NCBI GenBank assembly: GCA_963706025.1
Contig: CAVPLM010000014.1
Location: forward strand, 64,001 to 128,000
Origin: an uncultured Actinomycetes bacterium
Lineage (GTDB): Bacteria; Actinomycetota; Thermoleophilia; RBG-16-64-13
Direction of reading: 5' to 3'
DNA: 64,000 bases
In this document: positions 10,040 to 21,370 of the stretch, piece after piece
Position numbering within the stretch: position 1 is the stretch's first letter
How the letters are laid out: each line of letters opens with the position of its first letter
The notes under the pieces: generated by a model
Databases searched by the model: none
What the model was told of the DNA's origin: nothing
Seen by the model: the letters and a program-made list of their open reading frames with translations, nothing else
Program-made: the position numbers and the translations under genes

Positions 10040-10831
10040 TCAGCTCTCGCCCAATCCCCCCAGGTGCAGGCGCCTCACCATCCGATCCGCCATGCCAGGC
10101 GAGAGAGTGTTCACCAGGATCAGAGTCTTTGAACTCAGTCGTGGGACAAGCACTTCGGCCTTTTGCTTGAGCACCGCCCGCACTATCGCGTCTGCGACTC
10201 TCTCGGGAGGAATCTTGGCGGAGATGGACGGGACCCGCACATCCGCGATCATCGGGGTATCGATGCGTCCCGGGAAGATCGTCGACAGGTGAACACCGGT
10301 GCCATGCAGTTCTTGTCTGAGCACATCGGCGAGCCCGCTAACCGCGAACTTCGATGCAACATAGGCCCCGTCTGGCGGTATGCCTTTCTTCCCATCCACT
10401 GAGGCCACCACCACGATATGTCCCGCTCCCAGTGCCAGCATGTGAGGGAGGACTTCCAGAATAGAGTAGAGGCAACCATAGAAGTTCACGGCCATGACGC
10501 ACTCGACGTGCTCAACCGTGAGGTCTTGAACCGGGCACCGGAGGTATGTCCCTGCGTTGGCAACGAAGACGTCGATCTTGCCGAATCGGCCGAGCGAGGC
10601 GTCGACGAGAGCTTTGACCTGTTTTCTGTCCGAGACGTCCGTCGGCACAACCAGCGTCTCGACGTTCCACGCCCGCGCCTCTTGTTGCACCTGCTCGAGC
10701 GCCTGCTGACTTCGCGCTGCCAGCACCACGTTGGCTCCCCTCCGGGCAAATGCGATCGCCGTGGCGCGCCCGATGCCACTCGACGCCCCGGTCACTAAGA
10801 CCGACTTGGCTTCCAACTCCTTGGCCTTCAT
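10040..10831 (-). CDS. Short-chain dehydrogenase/reductase
   Basis: TGASSGIG, NAG, YVASK catalytic motif; start at MKAKELEAK after GGAGG RBS. Confidence 0.9.
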   Translation of the reverse strand: MKAKELEAKSVLVTGASSGIGRATAIAFARRGANVVLAARSQQALEQVQQEARAWNVETLVVPTDVSDRKQVKALVDASLGRFGKIDVFVANAGTYLRCPVQDLTVEHVECVMAVNFYGCLYSILEVLPHMLALGAGHIVVVASVDGKKGIPPDGAYVASKFAVSGLADVLRQELHGTGVHLSTIFPGRIDTPMIADVRVPSISAKIPPERVADAIVRAVLKQKAEVLVPRLSSKTLILVNTLSPGMADRMVRRLHLGGLGES

Positions 10832-10907
10832 TGCCTCCTCCTCGCCACCGGATGTACTCGCGCTGGAGTTGGCGATCCCCATCGGCGCGTTTCAGCTGGA
10901 TTCCGGG

Positions 10908-12089
10908 TTACCTCACTATTCGGTGACCCACCACCTGGCCGTCGCTGTGAAATGCCTCCAACAGGCGCTGGCTCTCGGGGATGATTCGCCATCCATTCGG
11001 CACCGCTCGCCCGGGAGAAAGAATGCAGCCGGCTCCGAGATAGGCGTCGTGACCCAGGCAGGTGCCCAGTAGGAGGACTCCCGAATCGATACGTCGCCCG
11101 TCCTTAAGGACTTGCACGCATTTCCCATCGAAACGGAAGTCTGAGACGGTCACGCCGTCGCTGATGAACGTGTTCCTCCCCGATAGGTTCAACCCGACGT
11201 AACGGCAACTGATGCAGGCACCGGGATACAGCACAGAGTACTGGACGACGCAGCCGTTGAAGATCGTGCTGCCTGCGCCGACGATCGACATCTCCACCGT
11301 CGTATTGTTTGCTATGTAGCAGTCGTCGCCAACGACCGACTCCCTCACGATCGCGCCGGCACCGATCTTCACGTTGTCCCCCACGACGCTACCCTCGACG
11401 TAGGCCGTAGGATGGATATCGCAGTCTCGGCCAAACCGATTCAGTTTCCGAAGCACTTTATGCTGATTCGTGGACCGCGCTCGGAGGGCCAACAATAGGA
11501 GCCTGATAGCCGAAGCCTTCTTCAGTCTTGCTCCATCAGCCAGTAGAAACGCCATATTGGCGGCCCAAAGATTTGTCCAGTGGTCGATCTGGATCATGAC
11601 CATGTTTGTCAACGGTACCCAGTAACCCTCGCCGGGCATCATGTGATCCGGGAAGTGGGCGTTTTCGAAGAACTGGTCCACGTCGATCACAACAGGACGC
11701 GCCTCGCCCGTGGTTGAACCGGCCGGTAGGTAGTTGAGACCGTATTCGACTCGGTCTGAATAAACTCGCACATCCTGGGTGGTAACGATCGAGTTGCGGG
11801 TCTCTGATCCTGGCTTCGCGCAACAGACCGTGGGGACTCCCAGTTCGCGAGACCTCAGCAGGAACTCCCGGAGCAACTCACGTGAAAAGAAGAGACTGTC
11901 CCGCATGACCACACACTCGCCCGCCTCGTCGACCTGAGAGGCATCTTGAATCACAGCCGATTCTAGGCTCAGGGCGCGAAGCGTCTCTTCTTGGTGTTGC
12001 GCCAGCCGCCGATTCCCGATGAGGCAGTCGCGGGGCTGATCGCCGAAAGGTTCGATCTTACTGCGGCTCTGGACGATGTAGGCCTTCAT
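10908..12089 (-). CDS. Hexapeptide-repeat (left-handed beta-helix) protein with degenerate nucleotidyltransferase-like N-terminus
   Basis: C-terminal repeats IHPTAYVEGSVVGDNVKIGAGAIVRESVVGDDCYI...; GGAGG RBS upstream. Confidence 0.7.
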   Translation of the reverse strand: MKAYIVQSRSKIEPFGDQPRDCLIGNRRLAQHQEETLRALSLESAVIQDASQVDEAGECVVMRDSLFFSRELLREFLLRSRELGVPTVCCAKPGSETRNSIVTTQDVRVYSDRVEYGLNYLPAGSTTGEARPVVIDVDQFFENAHFPDHMMPGEGYWVPLTNMVMIQIDHWTNLWAANMAFLLADGARLKKASAIRLLLLALRARSTNQHKVLRKLNRFGRDCDIHPTAYVEGSVVGDNVKIGAGAIVRESVVGDDCYIANNTTVEMSIVGAGSTIFNGCVVQYSVLYPGACISCRYVGLNLSGRNTFISDGVTVSDFRFDGKCVQVLKDGRRIDSGVLLLGTCLGHDAYLGAGCILSPGRAVPNGWRIIPESQRLLEAFHSDGQVVGHRIVR

Positions 12090-12376
12090 CTCGATTCACC
12101 TCCATTTGCAGGATGGTGGCGCTTCTTGAGAAATCGGGGTTACAGCCAGGCCTGACTTGTGCGCCTTTGGGCACGACTCATTGCCGATGGTCTTGCCCGC
12201 CTTCTCTGTAGCATAAGTCCGGACTTAGCGGCAGACAAGTGGCTCGTCTGCAATGCACGTCTCGCAGCAGAGGTGTTCCCTAGTCAATACCCCCGCAAGG
12301 CATAGCGATCGTCTCAGCCAGGGAGGAAGACTGGAACCGGGAGCGCCTCACTCGGACGTCGGCGCCGCGCGTCGGG

Positions 12377-13651
12377 CTACTCGGCGGGCTCCTGCTCTTT
12401 CTCCGCCTTTTCCTTCCGCATCTTCTCGATCCACTCTACCCAGGGCTTCTCGTCCTCCGCCATGCGGGCCCGGAAGTAGGGCTCCATCTCGAAGTGGTCC
12501 TCGCGGTCGATGAACACCCACAGCGGGTGCGGTTCCAGCGGCGGGCAGCCGGCCGACCAATGGCGCCCCTCGCCTCGGAAGCGCTTCACGCAGTCACCGA
12601 TGAGGATCACATCGTTCGGGTCGACGCCCTGCGGCATCTCGTCGTCCCGCTTGGGGCCCACCACCACGTGGCAGCCGGCATTCTTGTCGTACTGGCCCAG
12701 AGCCTTGAGCTTCTCCATGGTGAACGCCACCAGGGATTCGCAACTGCTGCAGGCGCCGCTCGTGTAGAAGTTGTACTCGGGCCAGGTCTCGAAGCCCTCC
12801 AGATAGGGGAACCAGAGGTCCTTGTGCACCTCCTCGATCGTCCGGCCCACCACCTCGATATCTTCTTCTTTGAAGTTGCCCAGGTTGCGCTCGGCGGCTG
12901 CCGAGAAGTACTGGACGTTTTCGATGCTCAAGCCCACCATGCGGCAGGCGGTGGCGTCCAGGGCGACCGGGTCCTTGCTCCCCACCACGCAGCCGAAATC
13001 CACCGGGATGGTGGTGTGCGGCCCGAAGCCCTCAGCCGGGTGGATGAGGTCGGCGATGGTCAGATCGGCCCGGATCACCGACCACACGTCCATCATGGCG
13101 GCGGCCAGGTCGGTCATATGCATCTGCTGGTGGGTGAGGTCCTGCACCACGCCCTTCATGTTCTTGAGTGCGCAGGTGAACACCATGCTGGCGTGACTCT
13201 TGAAGATGGGCAGGTTGAAGATGTGCTCGGCTTCCAGGAGGAATCGGGGGAGCTTGACCTTCTTGATATCGGAGCGCGCGTCCCGGATGGGGATGTTGAT
13301 AAGGTCTTTCTCCCGTTTGATGTCGATGAGACGGGCGCCGGCGGCCTCGGCCGCGGCGCCGATGCCGCTCACGTCGAGCACGTGCATGGAGTCGCAGCCG
13401 ATGGCGGCCGCCTCGGCCACGATGATGTCCTTGGGCTTGGCCTTCTTGACCTCTCTGATGACCGCCGCCACGAACTCGGGGCTGGTGTTCACCGAGGTCT
13501 CGGCCTTGGCGGGGTGACCGGCGTTGGGCTTCAGCACCACGGTGCTCCGCGGCTTGACCAGGTTCTCCACGCCGCCCAGGAGGGCGAAGACCTCGGCCAC
13601 CATCTTCTCGGGGTCGGGATCCTTGGCTATGGCGACGAGCGATTTGGGCAT
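12377..13651 (-). CDS. DUF362-family Fe-S protein
   Basis: VVLKPNA, NTSPE, NLPIFKSH..FTCALKNMKG, DPVALD; C-terminal GACSSC, IGDC and GCPP motifs; real start MPKSLVAIAKD at 13651. Confidence 0.85.
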   Translation of the reverse strand: MPKSLVAIAKDPDPEKMVAEVFALLGGVENLVKPRSTVVLKPNAGHPAKAETSVNTSPEFVAAVIREVKKAKPKDIIVAEAAAIGCDSMHVLDVSGIGAAAEAAGARLIDIKREKDLINIPIRDARSDIKKVKLPRFLLEAEHIFNLPIFKSHASMVFTCALKNMKGVVQDLTHQQMHMTDLAAAMMDVWSVIRADLTIADLIHPAEGFGPHTTIPVDFGCVVGSKDPVALDATACRMVGLSIENVQYFSAAAERNLGNFKEEDIEVVGRTIEEVHKDLWFPYLEGFETWPEYNFYTSGACSSCESLVAFTMEKLKALGQYDKNAGCHVVVGPKRDDEMPQGVDPNDVILIGDCVKRFRGEGRHWSAGCPPLEPHPLWVFIDREDHFEMEPYFRARMAEDEKPWVEWIEKMRKEKAEKEQEPAE

Positions 13652-13655
13652 TTCC

Positions 13656-14641
13656 CTACCTCCGTTGCTCAGGTGTCTGTCGGGGGCGTAGTGTGACTGC
13701 TGGACTGGCCGTCGACCGGCCGGTCGGCGGCGATGGCAGCGGCTGCGGCGTGCCGGCGGCCTTGGCGCTGACGCGCTGGGCTGCGGCGGCGGTGGCGCTG
13801 ACGGCGCCGGCTCCCTCCGTGGCGCCAACGGCGCCCGCGGCGGCCATGGCGCCCGCGGCGGCCGTGGCGCTGATCCTGGCCAGCAACCGGTCGAACATGT
13901 TGGCCGAGCCTCTTGAGGGTCATCTCGGTGTCGAGACCCTCCAGATAGCTCAGATCTTCCCACCAGATCCAGGCGAACAGTTCGGCCACTATAAGGTCGG
14001 TCTCGATGTCGGTGCGGATGGTCCCCTGGGCCTTGCCTTCTTCCACCAGGTCGGCATACCACTGGAGCATCTCCACCCGGCGCCGCACCACGTGGTCGCG
14101 CACCCGGTCTTTGGGGATCCAGGAGATGAACTGGAACATGGGCGCGTTGAAGCCCTCGATATCCTTGGAGAAGATGCGGGCGTGTGACCCGCCCATCTCG
14201 CGCAGCCGATCGATCACGTTGGGGGCCTTGGACGAGTTCAGCCAGGCGAAGACCCGCTCGATCAATGCATCGTGCGCCGCGATCAGGATGTCTTCCCGGC
14301 TGTCGAAGTGACGGTAGAGGGCGGCGTTGGAGATCCCCACAGCGTCGGCGATGCGCGACATGCTGGCGCCCACCAGGCCGTACTCCGCCACCAGGCGCAG
14401 CGTTGCCTGGACGATCTGGGCCTTACGCTCCGCGCCGGGCAGGCGCCCGTGGCCGTTGCCCGGGACGGGTTCGCCCGTGCCGGCTGCGCCCCCGCGCGTC
14501 GCCCGCGGGACCGGCGCCGCCGCCGCGGACGCCGCCGCCCCAGTCGCAGGCGCAGCCGCCCGCGGCCGCGGACGCCGCGGTCGCCGCGGGCGTGGTCGCA
14601 GCCGCGGACTGCTGCGGCGCTATGCCCGGAGTCGACTTCAT
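13656..14641 (-). CDS. TetR-family transcriptional regulator (frameshifted; Ala-rich tails)
   Basis: [51 protein letters not shown]; ATGA overlap with the thiolase stop; indels near 14.5 and 13.9 kb. Confidence 0.8.
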
Positions 14642-15840
14642 TCCGCCTCGATGATGGTGGCGATCCCCTGCCCGCCGCCGATGCACATGGTGGCCAGGCC
14701 GTACCGGCCTCCGGTGCGCCGGAGGCCGTAGAGCAGCGTCGTCAGGATGCGTGCTCCCGAGGCCCCTATGGGGTGCCCCAGAGCGATGGCGCCACCGGAA
14801 GGGTTGGTCTTGCTCATGTCCAGTTCGAGGAGCGGGGCTATGGCCAGCACCTGGGCGGCGAAGGCCTCGTTGGCCTCCACCACATCCATCTGGTCAACGG
14901 TCATCCCGGTCTTCTCCATCGCTTTCAGCGTCGCGTAGTACGGGCCCATGCCCATGTAGGCCGGCTCCAGCCCGGCCGAGGCATAGCCGACGATCCGCGC
15001 CAGCGGCTTGAGGCCCCGCTTTTCCGCGAAATCCCGGGAGGTCAGCACCAGAGCGGCAGCGGCATCGTTCACCCCGGACGCGTTTCCTGCGGTGACGGTG
15101 CCGTCTTTCTTGAAGGCCGGCTTCAGCTGGGCCAATCCCTCCAGGGTGGCGTCCGGCCGGGGATGCTCCTCTGTGTCGAAGAGGATGGGGTCGCCCCTCT
15201 TCTGAGGGATGGGCACCGGCACCACCTCGTCTTTGAACCAGCCGGCAGCCATGGCCGCGGCCGCGCGGCGCTGGCTCTCGAGCGCGAACGCGTCCTGAGC
15301 CTCGCGGGTGATGCCGTAACGGGTGGCGATGTTCTCGGCCGTCATGCCCATGTGGTAGTTGTTCACGGCGCAGATGAGGCCGTCGCGGAGCATATGGTCC
15401 TCGAGCAGGCCGTCGCCCATGCGGTAGCCCGTGCGCCCTTTCGCCAGAAGGTAGGGGGCGAGGGACATGTTCTCCATGCCCGCGGCCACGACGACGTCCG
15501 CGTCTCCGCACGTGATGGCCTGGGTGGCGAAGTGGACCGCCTTCATGCTCGATCCGCACAGCTTGTTGACGGTCACCGCCGGCACCTCGTCCGGCAGGCC
15601 GGCGGCGTGGAGGGCTAGGCGACCGGGGTTCTGTCCCTGCCCGGCCTGCAGTACGTTGCCCACGATCACCTCCTGGACGTCCCCCGGCTCCAGACCGGCC
15701 CGCTTGACCGCTTCGGCGATCACGAACCCGCCCAACTGGACGGCGGGGATCTCCGACAAGCTGCCCAAGAAGCGGCCCGTACCCGTGCGGCATGCGCTCA
15801 GGATCACGGTCTCGCGCGACGAGGTCGTTTCAGGCGCCAA
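14638..15840 (-). CDS. atoB: Acetyl-CoA C-acetyltransferase (thiolase)
   Basis: NKLCGSS (catalytic Cys), [21 protein letters not shown]. Confidence 0.92.
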   Translation of the reverse strand: MAPETTSSRETVILSACRTGTGRFLGSLSEIPAVQLGGFVIAEAVKRAGLEPGDVQEVIVGNVLQAGQGQNPGRLALHAAGLPDEVPAVTVNKLCGSSMKAVHFATQAITCGDADVVVAAGMENMSLAPYLLAKGRTGYRMGDGLLEDHMLRDGLICAVNNYHMGMTAENIATRYGITREAQDAFALESQRRAAAAMAAGWFKDEVVPVPIPQKRGDPILFDTEEHPRPDATLEGLAQLKPAFKKDGTVTAGNASGVNDAAAALVLTSRDFAEKRGLKPLARIVGYASAGLEPAYMGMGPYYATLKAMEKTGMTVDQMDVVEANEAFAAQVLAIAPLLELDMSKTNPSGGAIALGHPIGASGARILTTLLYGLRRTGGRYGLATMCIGGGQGIATIIEAE

Positions 15841-15868
15841 GATGCTTCCTTTCCTCGCGGATTGCTTT

Positions 15869-15888
15869 GTTGGTTAACGACTACCAAC
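15869..15888. promoter_or_regulatory. Palindromic operator GTTGGT-N8-ACCAAC (putative TetR site), copy 1
   Basis: gttggttaacgactaccaac in the divergent thiolase/LDH intergenic region; the same motif recurs at 34821-34840. Confidence 0.65.
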
Positions 15889-15900
15889 TTGACTGCCACC

Positions 15901-15930
15901 ACTATCATGCTCTGCGCGGCGCTTTGTCAA
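15901..15930 (-). promoter_or_regulatory. Putative sigma70 promoter of the thiolase-TetR-DUF362 operon
   Basis: Minus strand TTGACA-N18-GATAGT; operator lies just downstream. Confidence 0.5.
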
Positions 15931-15997
15931 GACCGCTACCGGCCCCGTCTCTTGCAGGTAAACTTGCTCGCACGCGATCCCAGAAGAAGGGGGGAAG

Positions 15998-16922
15998 ATG
16001 AAGGTGACCGTGATCGGCGCGGCCGGCTCGGTGGGCGCGCCCGCTGCGTTCTACATCGGGGCTTTGGGGCTGGCCGACGAGATCGTGCTGATCGACATGC
16101 GCCCGAACGTGGTGCAGCAGCACGCCATGGACATGAGCACGGCTTTCTCGGCGCTCGCGGTGAGAGTGACGGCCGGGACGCACGAGGACATGGGCGGCTC
16201 GGACCTGGTCATCAACGCCGCCGGCGTGCCCCAAGGTCTGATCGCCGACCGCATGGAGATGCTTCCGAGGAACATCCCACTGGTGCGAGAGGTGGCGCTC
16301 GCGGTCAAGCGCCACTGCCCGGCCGCCTTCGTGATCACGGCCACCAATCCCATCGACCCTCTGAACTATGCCACCTGGCGGGCGGGGGGCTTCGACCGCC
16401 ATCAGCTCATCGGCTACTCGGTCAACGACTCGTTCCGTTTCCGCGAGATGGTGGCCCGGGCGAAAGGGGTCAAGGTCGGCCAGGTCGAGGCCACGGTGAT
16501 CGGCGAGCACGGCAGCACCCAGGTACCTCTCTTCAGTTCGGTGCGTATCGACGGCCGGCCGGTCTCCTTCAGCGAAGAGGAGAAGCAGGCGATCAGGGCG
16601 GAGATACCCACCATCTTGAAGCGGTACGAGGAGCTGCAGGCCGGCCGGACGGCCGGTTGGACGAGCGCGATCGGCCTGGCGGCCATCGCGCGCGCCGTCC
16701 TGGAGGATACTGGGGAGGTCTTCCCCTGCTCGGTGGTGCTCGACGGCGAATACGGCCGGCGGGGCATTGAGCATGTCGGTCCCGGTTAGACTGGGGCAGC
16801 ACGGGCGTGCAGGAGATACTGGAATGGGAGTTGGCGCCGGATGAGCAGAGCCGGACTGGATAGGACTGCGGCCGCGCTGGAAGCGGCGGCCCGCGATGGT
16901 GGATGAGAACCTGGCATCATAG
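15998..16922 (+). CDS. LDH/MDH-family 2-hydroxyacid dehydrogenase (C-terminus frameshifted)
   Basis: GAAGSVG, ITATNPID, NDSFR, GEHG; substrate loop AGVPQGLIADR. Confidence 0.85.
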
Positions 16923-16950
16923 CTTGCACCGTCGAAGGGAGAACTGAGGG

Positions 16951-19071
16951 ATGACCCAGCGTTTCGAGAAGCTGATGGAGCCGGGAATGATCGGCCCGGT
17001 GAAGACGCGCAACCGCATCATCAAGACCGCCAACGGTACCTCGTACATGGAGCCGGACCAGACTGTCGGGCCACGCATGATCGCCTACTACGAGCGCATA
17101 GCCAGGGGCGGGGTAGGCTTCTTGGTGGTGGAGTCCTGCGGCGTCGAGTATCCGCTGGGCATCCAGCACGTGCACTATCAGCCGGACGGCAGCTACGAGG
17201 GCGTGCAGCTGCACTTCGACGACGACAGGTTCATCCCCAGCTTCGCGCGCCTCACCGAGGCGGTGCACAAGTTCGGCTGCCCGGTCTCTATCCAGTTCCA
17301 GCATTCCGGGCCCTGGAACCCAACCGGCCTCCTTCCGCGGGATCCCAAGATCAGGGACGTCAAGGCCGCCTCCGCCATGACGGAAGAGGAGCTGCCCGGC
17401 CCCGACTTCCTGCCCTGCCGGGCCATGACCAAGCAGGAACTCGAGGACCAGATCGATCTCTGGGCCTCGGCGGCCGAGCGGGCCTGGAAGGCGGGCTTCG
17501 ACGCCTGCGAGATCAACCACGCCACCGCGCACCAGGGCAACACCTTCCTGTCGCGCATCTGGAACAAGCGGGACGACGAGTACGGCCCGCAGAGCTACGA
17601 GAACCGCACCCGCTTCATCCGCGACATCATCATGGAGGCCAAGCGCCGCTGTGGTCCCGGCTTCGCCGTGCATGCGCTCATCAATGCGGCCGAGTACAAC
17701 CACCCGCTGGCCACCACGCCTGGAAGAGGGCGCCGAGATGGCCAAGCTCATCTGCGAGGTGGCCGACGGCCTCAACGTCCGGGGCGAGCGCTACGGGCAC
17801 CGGGGCGGCATCCTCCAGCCCGACCGGCTCATGTATCCGGAGCCGCCGTACGACCTGCCCAAGGACCTGGATTGGAGCCGCAGAGGCGACGGGGCGGCGG
17901 TGCCGCTGGTCGAGGCGGTCAAGCGCAAGGGTGTCAAGGTCCCGGTGTGGACCGCCTGCCGCATCGACGCCGAGTGGGGGGAGAAGTACCTGCGCGAAGG
18001 CCGCCTCGACTTCGTGGGCATGACCCGCTTCCTGCTGGCCGACCCCGAGTACCCCAACAAGGTGCGCGAGGGACGCCTCGAGGACGTCCGCCCCTGCCTC
18101 GGCTGCCTGCACTGCTTCGAGACGCGCAACCGCAACAAGAAGCTCGAGTGCCGGGTGAACGGCGACCTGGGGCGGGAGATCATGCCCGAATACCAGGCGA
18201 AGCCGGTCGAACGCCGCAAGAAGGTGCTGGTGGTGGGAGGCGGTCCCTCTGGGATGGAGGCGGCGCGGGTCGCGGCCAACGCGGGCATGACGTCGTCCTC
18301 TACGAGAAGAGCTCTCGGCTGGGCGGCCTGGTCCCGCTTGAGCGCCATCGTCAAAGACTGCGAGACCCCGGAGCTGGTGGACTTCACCCGCTGGCAGGAG
18401 CGGGAACTTCAGAAGGCGGGCGTCAGAGTCCGCCAGAAGGTCGCCGTCTCCGCCGACGTCGTCCGGGCGGAGAAGCCCGACGCCGTCATCCTCGCGGCGG
18501 GAGCCGTCCATCCCGAGTCAGACCTGCCCGGGATGGACCGCAAGAGCGTTATCCGCACCGAGACCCTCTATCGGAAGCTCAACCGCTACCTCAAGGTCTT
18601 CAGTCCGGCCGCTCTGCAGAGGCTCACTCACCTGTGGATGCCCGTAGGCAGGCGTGTGGTGATCATGGGCGGGACGCTGCACGGCTGCGAGCTGGGCGAG
18701 TTCCTGGTCAAGCGGCATCGGCGGGTGATCATCGCCCACAACGGCCCCGCCTCGGAACTGGGGGACGAGATGGGCCGCGACGACCTGGCCAACTTGTGGC
18801 CCTGGTTCAGGCAGAAGTACGTGAGTCTCTGGCCTGACGCGGCCTACCGGGAAGTCACTGCCGATGGTCTTAGAATCCAGCAGCCCGAGAAGCGCCAGTA
18901 CGTCCTGCCCGGCAAGAGCATCATCAATACCCAAGACTGGGCGCCCAACACGGCCCTCGTCGAGGAACTCACGCCGCTGGTGGCCGAGATCCACGTGGCC
19001 GGCAGCGCCGGGAGCCTGGGTTGATGGCGGAGGCGGTGCGCGAAGGCGTACTTGCTGGATGCTCCGTCTGA
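16951..19071 (+). CDS. NADH:flavin oxidoreductase (OYE/enoate reductase/2,4-dienoyl-CoA reductase family), frameshifted
   Basis: RNRIIK, AGFDACEINHA, NKRDDEYG..ENRTRF, PCLGCLHC...CRVN Fe-S motif, VLVVGGGPSGMEAA. Confidence 0.88.
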
Positions 19072-19090
19072 GCAGGGAAGGAGGGCGGTA

Positions 19091-20773
19091 GTGTTCCAGA
19101 CACTCGAAGGGGCAGTCCCTCACCTTGAGGACGATGCCGGGAGTACATCGAGTGCAGGTGGTGGAGCGGCCTGACCCTCGGAGACCTGCTCGATCGGGCA
19201 GCGCAGATCCATCCCAGCCGTGAGGCTTTCGTCGACAGGCAGAACCGGCTCACCTATGCCCAGGCCAAGGAGAAAGCCGATCGTCTGGCCGTCGGCCTCA
19301 TGGGTCTGGGCATCGAGCCGCTGGATCGGGTGTTCATGCAGCTACCGAACTGGAGCGAGTTCGTACCCGCCTACTTCGCCTGTCAGAAGATCGGCGCCAT
19401 CACCGTGATGTTGATCGACCGCTACCGCCAGCACGAGATCGAGCGGCTGGCGGACATCGCGGGGGCGAAGGCTTGGATCGTTGCCGCTCGAGTACGGCAA
19501 GACCGAATTCCTTCCTATCATCGAGGACGTGCTGCAAGAGTGCCCGCAGATCGCCAACGTCATCACCGTCCGGGGTGAGGTCGACGACCCGGCTTTTCCG
19601 GCCTCGAGCGGTTGATCGCGGAAAGCGAACTCACCGAGGAGATCTGGCTCGCCTGGCCGGGCGCAGGCCGGACCCGAGACAGGTGGCTCACATGGGTCCG
19701 ACCGGAGGAACCACCGGAGAGCCGAAGCTCGTGCCCCGCACCCACAACAGCATCGTCTGCAACGTCGAGTTCTGCTCGCAAGTCTGGGGTCAGCATTGCG
19801 AGGACGTCAACCTGATCGTGGGGTCGATCGCCCACGACCTCTCCTTCGGCAAGGGCTTCATGGGCAGCGTGATCACTCAGGGCAAGCTGGTGATGCTCGA
19901 TACCACCGACGCGCGGACCATCTGCGAGACGATCGAGCGCGAGCAGGTGACGTCGGTCATCTGGGTGCCTACCCTGGCGCAACGCCTGCTGCAGTACGAG
20001 GAGATCGACAAGTTCGATCTGAGCTGCGTGAAGAAGATGCACAGCGCGGGGGGCGCGGCGTTCCCTGAACTGGTGCGGGATGTATTCGGAAGGCTCAGTA
20101 TTCGGTTTCACAACGGCTACGGTGCCACCGAGGGCATGACGACAATCACGAGCGCCGAGGACGATATCGAGACGGTCTGCTCTACCGTGGGCAGGCCCAC
20201 TTGCCCGGGCGACACCTACAAGGTGGTGGACCGGGACGGCAACCCCTTGCCTCCGAACACGCCGGGCGAGCTTCTGGTCAAGGGGCCCTCGATGTTCACC
20301 GGCTACTACAGAAACCCCGAGGAGAACGCCAAGACCTTCGACGAGGACGGGTTCTTCAAGACCGGGGACGTGGCCACGATCGACGAGAACGGCTACATCA
20401 CTCTGACCGGCCGGCTCAAAGAGATGATCAACCGCGGTGGGGAGAGCATCAGCGCCACAGTGATCGAGCAACTCATCAATCGGCACCCCGAAGTCGCGGC
20501 CGTAGGCGGTCGTGGCCATGCCGGATCCCCTGATGGGGGAGCGGGTCTGCGCCTACATCCAGCCGGCTCCCGGCGCCCAGTTGGACCTTCGAGAGGATCA
20601 TCGCCTTCTTGCGCGAGGAGAAGGCCTCGGTGCTGGAATTGCCGGAGCGCATCGAGTTCGTGGAGGCCATGCCGTACTCGGGAGTCCAGAAGATCGACAA
20701 ACAGGCCTTGCGCGAAGACATCCAGAAGAAACTCGAAGCCGAGATCGTCGCCGGCGAGACACCGGAGGCATAG
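19091..20773 (+). CDS. Aryl-acid AMP-forming CoA ligase (DhbE-like adenylation enzyme), frameshifted
   Basis: TGGTTGEPKLVPRTHN, YGATEG, FKTGD, KEMINRGGESI, MPDPLMGERVCAY. Confidence 0.87.
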
Positions 20774-20814
20774 CCCGCATGCGGGCCGACAGCCTAGGGA
20801 CGCAAAGGAGCGAG

Positions 20815-21370
20815 ATGTCTGCGACAGAGATCCGATTCCACGGCCGGGGAGGCCAGGGGGCCGTGCTGGCGGCGAGGATGCTGGCCTCGGCCTGCGCGGC
20901 CGAGGGCAAGTGCGTGGCCAGCTTCCCCATGTACGGGTTCGAGCGGCGGGGGATGCCGGTGGTGGCCTTCACCCGCTTCAGCGACGAGCCCATCCGGGAG
21001 AAGACCCAGATCTACACGCCCGACTGCCTGGTGGTCATCGACCCCACTCTGCTCGACCTCAAGACCCTGTTCGACGGGCTGAAGCCCGACGGGGTGCTGG
21101 TGCTCAACAGCCCCAAGGAGTTCTCCGAGCCGCCGCACCCCAGCGTCAAGCGGGCGGCGGTCATCAACGCCACCCAGGTGGCCCTGTGCGAGATCGGCCG
21201 CGACATCCCCAACACCTGCCTCATCGGCGCGCTGGCCAAGGCCACCGGCTGGGTGAAGCTGGAATCGGTGCTGCAGGGCCTGGCCGACTACCTGGAGGGC
21301 GACATGCTCAAGACGGAACATCCGCAACGCCGAGCGCGGCTACGAGGAAGTGGAGGTGATCACATGGTAG
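20815..21370 (+). CDS. porC: 2-oxoacid:ferredoxin oxidoreductase gamma subunit
   Basis: EIRFHGRGGQGAV, FPMYGFERRGMPV, IPNTCLIGA; indel near the 3' end. Confidence 0.88.

Noticed and set aside
12377-14062. 561-aa ORF suggesting a long N-terminal extension or a TetR-DUF362 fusion
   Set aside because: The extension is an alternative frame of the TetR gene. DUF362 has its own RBS and ATG at 13651.
15998-16922. Malate dehydrogenase (mdh) call
   Set aside because: The specificity-loop Arg is replaced by Gln, so it is kept as a generic LDH/MDH-family enzyme.
19091-20773. Siderophore/NRPS system based on the DhbE-like ligase
   Set aside because: No carrier protein, condensation domain or isochorismate genes; the context is catabolic.
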